A stretch of 13,417 nt of DNA from a virus (taxonomy: Duplodnaviria > Heunggongvirae > Uroviricota > Caudoviricetes): the IMG/VR virus record IMGVR_UViG_2526164690_000043, positions 1 to 13,417 of that record; one strand, written 5' to 3'. The notes under the pieces were generated by a model, which was not told where the DNA came from, made no database searches, and worked only from the letters and a program-made list of their open reading frames with translations. A program made the position numbers and the translations under genes. Each line of letters begins with the position of its first letter. The stretch's first letter is position 1. Positions 7,247 through 13,417 of this stretch are shown here, piece after piece.

Positions 7247-7519
7247 ATGGTACATGACCGCATAGCGGAAGAGCTGGAGGCGAAAGGCTTTTACCGGAGA
7301 GCGTCGGCGCGATGGGGTGAAGTCATGCAGCTGGTGGAGACAGACAAGGAACGGCATCACATCACGATGCGACGGCTGGAATGTTGCAGGAAGGCACAGA
7401 GGCCACCGGAGCCACCGGATAATTACGGAGACCTGAAAAAGGCAGTCGATCGCACTTATGCCGAAATGGGGATAGATGGTGCTGGTGATGAAATATGGCG
7501 CAATTACCAGGACAGCTAA
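7247..7519 (+). CDS. PerC/Pch-like small transcriptional regulator (tentative)
   Basis: Start taken at ATG 7247 (MVHDRIAEELEAKGFYRRASARWGEVMQL...) just after a GAGGGGTGGGG tract. The IAEELEAKGFYRRAxxRWxEVM motif resembles PerC-family activators as recalled; this is not verified. Confidence 0.5.
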   Translation: MVHDRIAEELEAKGFYRRASARWGEVMQLVETDKERHHITMRRLECCRKAQRPPEPPDNYGDLKKAVDRTYAEMGIDGAGDEIWRNYQDS

Positions 7520-7526
7520 TCACACA

Positions 7527-7549
7527 GCCGGAGAAATCCGGCTTTTTTT
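7527..7549 (+). terminator. Rho-independent terminator
   Basis: GCCGGA-gaaa-TCCGGC hairpin followed by seven T residues, 8 nt after the stop of the PerC-like gene. Confidence 0.7.
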
Positions 7550-7644
7550 GCACCAGTTGAAACGGTATGGCGCATTACCGGGTTTTCGTCACGGTCTGGC
7601 ATAGTTACTATCTGAAACAAACAGACACAACAGAGGAAAAAACA

Positions 7645-7986
7645 ATGCCGATGAAATTTGATGAGATATTAAAACAGCGTGATAAATACCATGCTGACAA
7701 CATGGAGACGATGAGCATCAATGATTACCGCGCATTCCTGGAGACGGGCGCACTGATTGAAAAGGATCAGCATGGTTTTGTGAGATGTGCTCTATCCGGT
7801 GAAATGCTGGCGGTAAATCCTGAACAGATAGATGCATTGATAGAATTTCTGAAAGGGATCAGGACTGAGCACGCATACAGCCGGAGCAATCCGGTCTTTT
7901 TGTCATTTTTTGTAAATTATTTGTTCGTGGTTGTTCCACGTTGTTCACTGACAGGATCGGCATATTTTACCCGAACTGAATCATGA
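7645..7986 (+). CDS. Hypothetical protein; 3' end uncertain
   Basis: ATG 7645 with GAGGA 7 nt upstream. The open frame runs through a terminator-like hairpin and T run at 7881-7911, and its last ~35 residues (FLSFFVNYLFVVV...) look like translated T-rich non-coding DNA. The real product may end near 7868 if a 1-nt indel lies around 7852-7857. Confidence 0.45.
   Translation: MPMKFDEILKQRDKYHADNMETMSINDYRAFLETGALIEKDQHGFVRCALSGEMLAVNPEQIDALIEFLKGIRTEHAYSRSNPVFLSFFVNYLFVVVPRCSLTGSAYFTRTES
7881..7911 (+). terminator. Second terminator-like hairpin, near-identical to the one at 7527
   Basis: CCGGA-gcaa-TCCGG followed by TCTTTTTGTCATTTTTT. It shares the ACAGCCGGAG-AATCCGG core with the 7527 hairpin. 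Confidence 0.45.
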
Positions 7987-8004
7987 GTATTCTCGCCCGT
8001 GGTG

Positions 8005-8153
8005 CCAGGACGCTGGGGCCACTTTCCCGCCTGTTAATGTGCTCGCCAATATTCATTACCAGGCGGGAAAACGATCGGTGCGATTGCTGATTTCCTTATG
8101 AAAAACGGTTGAGTGTTTGCCGCGTCCTGGAGTTCCTTACTTAACCCCAGGAC
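8005..8153. promoter_or_regulatory. Structured leader upstream of the capsid operon: nested inverted repeats plus a GGTGCGAT motif
   Basis: Outer inverted repeat CCAGGACGC (8005-8013) / GCGTCCTGG (8122-8130), with another direct CCCAGGAC at 8146-8153. Inner perfect 11-bp inverted repeat TTTCCCGCCTG (8023-8033) / CAGGCGGGAAA (8060-8070). GGTGCGATT at 8078-8086 matches the motif repeated at 2741-2835. Confidence 0.35.
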
Positions 8154-8160
8154 TTTTTTT

Positions 8161-9318
8161 ATGCCGAGAATAATCGAATTACGCCAGCAGAAAACCGCCA
8201 TTAAAAATCAGATGCGCGACATGCTGGAGAACGCGGAAAAAGAAAACCGCAGTCTTAACGATGCTGAGGGCGCAAAATTTGACGAATTACGCGCTAAAGC
8301 TGAATCCCTCGATAAAGACATTTCCCGCCTTGAAGCCATTGCAGACGAAGAGCGCAGCAAGCCAGGTAAAAGCAGTCAGACCACTGACCCCGCAGAACTA
8401 CGCAACTACATTCTGACAGGTGAAACCCGCGCATTAAGTACAGGCGTTCCCGCTGATGGTGGTTATACCGTTATCCCTGAACTGAACACCGAAATCATGC
8501 GAATGCTGGCGGATGAATCCACCATGCGCCGCATCTGTACCGTGAAGAAAATCAGCAGCAACGAGTTTAAGCAGCTTGTTTCCGCTGGCGGTGCGACCGT
8601 TAACCACGGTGAAGAGGGTAAGGCACGCGAACAGACCAGCCCCCCGCAGATTAACGAGGTGAGCATTAAGCTGTATCCGGTCTATGCGTACCCGCGCACC
8701 ACACAGGAAATCGTGGATTTTTCCGATGTGGACATCCTTTCATGGCTGACGGGTGAGATTGGCGACACCTTCACGGAAACCGAAGAAAGCGATCTGGTTG
8801 TGGGCGACGGTGACAAAAAAGCAAAAGGTTTTTTATCCGTACCCCGTGCAGAGAAGAACGACAAAGAGCGTGATTTTGGTACGTTGCAGGTAATTAAACC
8901 TTCCGAATCTCTGGCGTGGACATCTGCGGACCCGCTGATCGACCTGAAATTTGCATTACGTAAAAATAACCGCAAAAACGCGGTCTGGGTGGTTAACTCC
9001 ACGACGGCGGCAAAACTTCAGAAGGTGAAGAACGCGAACGGTGATTATATCTGGCGCGACCGTTTACAGGCGGGTGATCCTGATACGTTGCTGGGCCTTC
9101 CGGTCGAATATCTGGAGTTTATGCCTGATAACGTTATTGCCCTGGGTGACTTCAAACGCGGTTACTACATTGTTGATCACGAAACAGGTGTTCGCACCAG
9201 ACCGGACAACCTCACAGAGCCGGGCTTCATCAAAATTTTCACGCAGAAATATTTAGGCGGTGGCGTGGTGGATTCGAACGCGATCAAGATTCTGGAACTG
9301 CCACAGGACGACGATTAA
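8161..9318 (+). CDS. HK97-fold major capsid protein
   Basis: Start taken at ATG 8161 (MPRIIELRQQ...); the ORF track's GTG at 8113 lies inside the inverted-repeat leader. Coiled-coil-like N-terminal region (ELRAKAESLDKDISRLEAIADEE) followed by a ~280-aa body typical of HK97-family capsid proteins. Confidence 0.88.
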   Translation: MPRIIELRQQKTAIKNQMRDMLENAEKENRSLNDAEGAKFDELRAKAESLDKDISRLEAIADEERSKPGKSSQTTDPAELRNYILTGETRALSTGVPADGGYTVIPELNTEIMRMLADESTMRRICTVKKISSNEFKQLVSAGGATVNHGEEGKAREQTSPPQINEVSIKLYPVYAYPRTTQEIVDFSDVDILSWLTGEIGDTFTETEESDLVVGDGDKKAKGFLSVPRAEKNDKERDFGTLQVIKPSESLAWTSADPLIDLKFALRKNNRKNAVWVVNSTTAAKLQKVKNANGDYIWRDRLQAGDPDTLLGLPVEYLEFMPDNVIALGDFKRGYYIVDHETGVRTRPDNLTEPGFIKIFTQKYLGGGVVDSNAIKILELPQDDD

Positions 9319-9328
9319 CAGCATACAG

Positions 9329-9357
9329 AAGGGGCTTAAAAGCCCCTTTAGTGTTTT
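9329..9357 (+). terminator. Hairpin with a weak T tract between the capsid and protease genes (possible attenuator)
   Basis: AAGGGGC (9329-9335) / GCCCCTT (9342-9348) stem followed by TAGTGTTTTAT. Confidence 0.35.
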
Positions 9358-9371
9358 ATGGGTGAAAAATT

Positions 9372-9930
9372 ATGAAGAGTATGGAAATCCGGTCATACGG
9401 AAATCACCACCAGCGCCAGCAACACGCTGACAGGCTACGTTGTTCGCTGGGATAAGCTTTCAGAGCTGCTATGGGGGGAGTTTTACGAAAAATTCCAGCG
9501 GGGAGCGTTTACTGAATGGCTTGCGGCGGGTAATGACGTTCGCGGCCTGTATGAGCATGACCACAGCATGTTGCTGGGGCGTACCCGTTCCGGCACGCTG
9601 AAACTGGAAGAGGACGAAACAGGGTTACGCTTTGAACTGACCCCACCGGATACCAGCACAGGGCGGGACGTTATCGAACTGGTTAAACGTGGTGATATAT
9701 CCGGCATGAGCTTTGGCTTTCGTTCCCGTAAGGATGTATGGGATACCACAACAGATCCATGCGTGCGCACCGTGCTGGTTGCGGAACTGTACGAAATTAC
9801 CGTCACATCCGTACCGGCTTACCCTGATTCCGGCGTGGAGCTGGCCCGCCGCTCCCTGTACGAGCAGCACCCCGAAAAAATGCCGCGTGCGGATAATCGC
9901 CGCTGGTGGGCGGATTTAGCGGGGGTGTGA
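9372..9930 (+). CDS. HK97-family prohead (maturation) protease, interrupted by a 1-nt indel near 9399-9403
   Basis: ATG 9372 gives MKSMEIRSYG, then the frame runs to a stop at 9453-9455. The adjacent frame continues (H)TEITTSASNTLTGYVVRWDKLSELLWGEFYEKFQRGAFTEWLAAGNDVRGLYEHDHSMLLGRT...GMSFGF... to the stop at 9928-9930, the recognisable protease body. Removing one base from the GG or AAA run at 9399-9403 joins the two pieces. Confidence 0.8.
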
Positions 9931-9931
9931 T

Positions 9932-11146
9932 ATGTGGCCTTTTCAGAAGAAAAAAAAGAGCAGCGCTAGCATGACGCTTGATGAGTTTATGGCGCTGGCT
10001 GGCACATCGAACACGGGGGCGGGTGAGTACGTATCATCGGGGACAGCGGAATCACTGCCCGCCGTCATGAACGCCGTCACGGTCATCTCTGAGGCGGTGG
10101 CTACCATGCCGTGTTACCTGTACCTGGTACGCAATGAGAAGGGGAAGGAGGCCCGAGAGTGGCTTGATTCTCATCCGGTCGATCACATCCTCAACGAGCG
10201 CCCGAACGCATGGCAAACCCCCTACCAGTTTAAGCGAATGATGATCCGCCACTGCCTGTTAAACGGTAATGCTTATGCGGTGATTCAGTGGGGGCGTGAT
10301 GGTTTTCCGGTGGCTTTACATCCTTACCCGCCGCAGTCGGTGAACGTTGAGCAGACAGGTGAGCATAACTGGCGCTACTGCATCACTGACGCCTACACCG
10401 GAAACACCCGCAACTATTTACCGTGGGAGGTTCTCCACCTTCGTTACTCCACGGATGACGGTTTTATGGGGCGCTCACCTGTAACCATCTGCCGCGAATC
10501 GCTGGGGCTTGGGCTGGCCCAACAACGCCACGGCGCGAGCGTGATGCGTGATGGCATGATGGCGGCAGGGGTTATCACGTCAGGCGAATGGCTGGACGGC
10601 GTGAAGGGCAAACAGGCATTAGCCGCACTGGAACGCTACAAAGGGGCCAGAAACGCCGGAAAAACGCCCATCCTTGAAGGGGGTATGAGCTATCAGCAGC
10701 TGGGCATGAGTAATCAGGATGCTGAATGGCTGGCCTCCCGTCGCTTCACCATTGAAGACATCGCCCGAATGTTCAACGTCTCGCCGATTTTTCTGCAGGA
10801 ATACAGCAACAGCACCTATAGCAATTTCAGCGAGGCAAGCCGCGCATTTCTCACCATGACGATGCGCCCGTGGCTGGCGAACTTTGAGCAGCAGATAAAA
10901 AACGCCCTGCTGGTGGCCTCGCCTGTACCTGGTATCCGGTATCAGGTGGAGTTTGTACAGCGCGGACCTGTTACGGGCCACACCTGGCGAACGCTTTGCC
11001 ACCTATGAACGCGGCATCAAATCCGGCGTTATGTGCCCGAACGAAGCCCGCGAACGTGAAGGGCTGTCCCGCGTGATGGTGGTGATGAGTTCAGCCAGGC
11101 ATGGAAACAGGAAGTAAAAATCAGCGAGGGAGAAAAACCGGAATGA
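9932..11146 (+). CDS. HK97-family portal protein, with two compensating 1-nt indels near the 3' end
   Basis: The open frame from ATG 9932 stops at 11006-11008. The +1 frame encodes the expected portal C-terminal sequence ...YSADLLRATPGERFATYERGIKSGVMCPNEAREREGLS, and the original frame resumes as PRDGGDEFSQAWKQEVKISEGEKPE with a stop at 11144-11146 that overlaps the next start (ATGA). The breaks are at a TTT/G site near 10952-10955 (extra base) and a CCC run at 11068-11070 (missing base). Confidence 0.82.
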
Positions 11147-11481
11147 ACATAGGGCGACTGCGTGACAGGGTAACGATTCAGACCCTGAAACAGACCAGGG
11201 ATATAACCGGCGAAATACTCGAAACGTGGGTGGACGGTCACACACTCTGGGCAAGCGTGAACATGATCAGCAGCAAGGAGGCCATTTCATCGGGTGCAGA
11301 ACTGGCGACTGGAACGGTAAGGATATGGATACGCTACAGGAAGGACATCAACGCCACCAGCCGGATAAAGGTCAATACGGGGCCGCTGGCGGGGCGTGTA
11401 CTGAATATCATCGGGCAACCGCTGCCGGATGCCGCCAGGACACGCCTTGAAATTCTTTGTCGTGAGGGCGCGGAAAAATGA
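11143..11481 (+). CDS. Phage head closure / head-tail adaptor protein (Phage_H_T_join-like)
   Basis: ATG 11143 overlaps the portal stop. MNIGRLRDRVTIQ...TLWASV...IRYRKDI...RIKV...LNII...LEILCRE fits the head-closure family pattern. The ORF track's 11101 start lies inside the portal 3' end. Confidence 0.75.
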   Translation: MNIGRLRDRVTIQTLKQTRDITGEILETWVDGHTLWASVNMISSKEAISSGAELATGTVRIWIRYRKDINATSRIKVNTGPLAGRVLNIIGQPLPDAARTRLEILCREGAEK

Positions 11482-11774
11482 CAGAAGAACTTATCACCCT
11501 GGAAGAAGTGAAACTCCATTGCCGCATCGATGGCGACGAGGAAGACCAGTTAATCAGCGGATACATTGCCGCATCGCTTGAGGCGTGCCAGATACATATA
11601 GGCAGGCGCTTTGATGACGGGCTGGAGTTCACGCCGGCCATAAAGATTGGCTGCATGATGTTTATCGCTCACCTGTACGAGAATCGCCAGCTGGTAGCGG
11701 ATAACGCAAAAACACGCGTACCCATGACGATAGGCGCACTCTGGACGGCTTACCGTGATGTGGGGGTGTACTGA
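11478..11774 (+). CDS. gp6-like head-tail connector protein
   Basis: 98-aa ORF with an ATGA start overlap. The N-terminal ITLEEVKLHCRIDGDEEDQLISGYIAAS is characteristic of the gp6-like connector / DNA-packaging family. Confidence 0.75.
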   Translation: MTEELITLEEVKLHCRIDGDEEDQLISGYIAASLEACQIHIGRRFDDGLEFTPAIKIGCMMFIAHLYENRQLVADNAKTRVPMTIGALWTAYRDVGVY

Positions 11775-12213
11775 TGCCGTGGCAACCATTAAGACGATGT
11801 ACAGAACCAGGCTGTAACAGGCGCGTTAAGTCCGGCAAGTGTGAGGAGCACAGGCGGGCGGCATGGCGTGCAGAGGATGCCAGACGAGGACACCGCCGCG
11901 CGCGTGGGTACTCCAGACAGTGGGAAAAATACCGCGCCATGTATCTGAGTAAAACCCGTTATGCGTGCGATGCCTTGAGAAGGGGATATATACGCCCGCC
12001 GTGGTGGTGGATCACATTATCCCGATTAATGGCGGTGATGATGTTCTCTTCTGGCCCGAATGGAACCATCAGCCATTGTGCCAGGCGTGTCATAACCAGA
12101 AAACGAAGTGGCTTGATCCGGCAACAAAAAGCAAGCGTGCCGCAGGTGGATTTCGTGAAGAGGAAGAACGGGCCGCTAACCGCAATAACTGGATGTATGA
12201 CGCTGATGAATGA
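11774..12213 (+). CDS. HNH endonuclease (terminase-associated), interrupted by a 1-nt indel at the A run 11951-11954
   Basis: The N-terminal part (MPWQPLRRCTEPGCNRRVKSGKCEEH...RGYSRQWEKYRAMYLSK) is in one frame; the HNH core (NPLCVRCLEKGIYTPAVVVDHIIPINGGDD...WNHQPLCQACHNQKTKW) is in the -1 frame, ending at 12213. AAAA to AAAAA at 11951-11954 joins them. The ORF track's 201-aa read-through from 11774 is an artefact of this shift. Confidence 0.8.
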
Positions 12214-12379
12214 GCGGGAACAAAACCGCCTTATCCGTGGACTTATAAGGCAGCGTGACGCATGGAAGACACAGGAAACAGGGCATAAAGATAAAGCGTC
12301 AGGACGCGCAGAACGCATCACAGCGAAGCGATTAACCGACCGTGACCGCGAGGTTATGGAATGTTTCCGCAATCGCTGA
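12206..12379 (+). CDS. Hypothetical small protein between HNH and the small terminase
   Basis: ATG 12206 overlaps the HNH stop; 57 aa (MNEREQNRLIRGLIRQRDAWKTQETGHKDKASGRAERITAKRLTDRDREVMECFRNR). No recognisable family. Confidence 0.4.
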   Translation: MNEREQNRLIRGLIRQRDAWKTQETGHKDKASGRAERITAKRLTDRDREVMECFRNR

Positions 12380-12501
12380 TGAGGCTGTATGACGGGGTGG
12401 GGGGCGTTTTCAGGACAAACCCGACCCCGCCGGGCACCGAACGCCTCCTCAAATTTTTATGCACGGGAATTTTTTGAAAAATAATCTGGCGAAAAATAAG
12501 C

Positions 12502-12858
12502 ATGGCAAGACCACCGAAAGCCCCCGCCTACCTGAATGACATCGCCGTGAAGCAGTGGCGGGAAAAATCGCGGCAGCTTGCGGAACGGGGAGACCTTACC
12601 CCCGCCGACTGGAGTAATCTGGAACTGTATTGCGTCAATTACTCGATATACCGGAAAGCCGTCGCAGACCTTGCGGCGCGCGGGTTCAGCATTGTTAACA
12701 GTCAGGGTGGCGAGAGCAGAAACCCCGCATTAAGCGCAAAATCCGACGCTGAAAGAGTGATGATAAAAATGGCCTCCTTGCTCGGTTTTGACCCGATAAG
12801 CCGCCGTAAAAATCCACCGGAAACAGAAGAAGAGGACGAGCTTGACCGCCTGGAATAA
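12502..12858 (+). CDS. Terminase small subunit (P27-family-like)
   Basis: 118-aa ORF; WSNLELYCVNYSIYRKAVADLAARGF...NPALSAKSDAERVMIKMASLLGFDPISRRK matches the pattern of P27-type small terminase subunits; acidic C-terminus. Lies directly upstream of the large subunit. Confidence 0.8.
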   Translation: MARPPKAPAYLNDIAVKQWREKSRQLAERGDLTPADWSNLELYCVNYSIYRKAVADLAARGFSIVNSQGGESRNPALSAKSDAERVMIKMASLLGFDPISRRKNPPETEEEDELDRLE

Positions 12859-13417
12859 GTACGCAGAAGACGTAAAAACGGGCAAAATTCCGGCCTGTAA
12901 ACGGCTGAAACAGGCCGTTAAACGGTACTTTTCGGACCTTGAAAGCCCCCTTTACACGTTCGATCGTGAGGTTGTGGAGCGGTTTATTGCCTTTTCCAGG
13001 GTGTGCCCGCACGTAAAAGGGCCGATGCGTGGCAGACCCATTGAGCTGGAGCCGTGGCAGCAGTTCGCCTTTGCGTGCATCCTCGGCTTTAAGGTTAAGG
13101 CCACCGGACGGCGCAAATACACGAGCGCCTTTATCGAAGTGCCGCGCAAAAATGCGAAATCCACGACCGCCGCGATTCTGGCTAACTGGTTTCTGATTAT
13201 GGAGAACGGTCAGCAGGATATCTACACCGCAGCGGTGAGCCGTGACCAGGCGCGGATCGTCTTTGATGATGCGCGTCAGATGTGCCTTTTATCCCGACCG
13301 TTACGCAGGCGGGTGAATATTCAGGCGCATAAGGTGATACACCCGAAAAGCAACAGCCTGTTAAAGCCGCTGGCAGCAAAAGCGGCAACCATCGAGGGAA
13401 CAAACCCCAGCCTTTCC
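12842..13417 (+). CDS. Terminase large subunit, N-terminal part (runs off the window end)
   Basis: Open frame to the window edge. EPWQQFAFACILGFKV...SAFIEVPRKNAKSTTAAILANWFL...YTAAVSRDQARIVFDDA contains the deviant Walker A (PRKNAKST) typical of large terminases. There is no in-frame ATG or GTG after the upstream stop (12797-12799); the only candidate start is TTG 12842, with GAGGA upstream. Confidence 0.8.
   Translation, partial: MTAWNKYAEDVKTGKIPACKRLKQAVKRYFSDLESPLYTFDREVVERFIAFSRVCPHVKGPMRGRPIELEPWQQFAFACILGFKVKATGRRKYTSAFIEVPRKNAKSTTAAILANWFLIMENGQQDIYTAAVSRDQARIVFDDARQMCLLSRPLRRRVNIQAHKVIHPKSNSLLKPLAAKAATIEGTNPSLS

Noticed and set aside
8113-8160. GTG start at 8113 for the major capsid protein
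   Set aside because: The extra 16 residues (MFAASWSSLLNPRTFF) lie within the inverted-repeat leader, and ATG 8161 begins the family-typical sequence. The longer form cannot be excluded.
8463-9256. Minus-strand ORFs 8463-8666 and 8682-9002 and plus-strand ORF 9041-9256 within the capsid gene
   Set aside because: They overlap the major capsid coding sequence in other frames or strands and have low-complexity composition.
9483-9919. ORFs 9483-9806 (minus), 9625-9870 (minus) and 9713-9919 (plus) within the protease gene
   Set aside because: Shadow ORFs of the prohead protease reading frame.
11101-11142. ATG 11101 as start of the head closure gene
   Set aside because: Once the portal frame is restored, this segment encodes the portal C-terminus (...SQAWKQEVKISEGEKPE); ATG 11143 overlaps the portal stop in the usual coupled arrangement.
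9372-11960. Programmed ribosomal frameshifting as the explanation for the split protease, portal and HNH genes
   Set aside because: The shift sites are short homopolymers without slippery heptamers or obvious downstream stimulatory structures, and programmed shifts are not known for these families; sequencing error or mutation is more economical.
11774-12379. 201-aa single ORF spanning HNH and the downstream small ORF
   Set aside because: Its middle section (RPPWWWITLSRLMAVMMFSSGPNG...) is out-of-frame HNH sequence. The real products are the HNH endonuclease (with one indel) and a separate 57-aa ORF.
12695-13403. Minus-strand ORFs 12695-13012, 12952-13164 and 13197-13403
   Set aside because: Antisense to the terminase small and large subunit genes, whose identities are well supported.
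1-13417. tRNA gene or att core within the window
   Set aside because: I found no tRNA-like cloverleaf sequence and no direct repeat flanking the element. The int gene starts at base 1, so the left attachment site probably lies just outside the window.

Overview
The window reads as the left part of an integrated phage satellite, not a complete prophage. From left to right: a P4-type tyrosine integrase (1-1230), an AlpA-family regulator (1595-1783), a divergent regulatory region with a minus-strand Arc-like ribbon-helix-helix (RHH) gene and repeated GGTGCGAT motifs, a chain of small overlapping early ORFs (2912-4665), a RecA-fold replication ATPase (4662-6059) followed by an iteron array (6061-6261), an SSB and a PerC-like regulator, then an HK97-type head and packaging module (major capsid, prohead protease, portal, head closure, connector, HNH endonuclease, small and partial large terminase). 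No tail, lysis or tRNA genes are present in the window. This layout matches, from memory, the capsid-forming phage-inducible chromosomal islands (cf-PICIs) of Enterobacteriaceae; that attribution is unverified. At least five single-base indels at short homopolymer runs break otherwise recognisable genes (RHH, protease, portal twice, HNH), pointing to either sequencing error or a decaying element. All calls are from manual reading of the sequence and ORF track; no searches were run.
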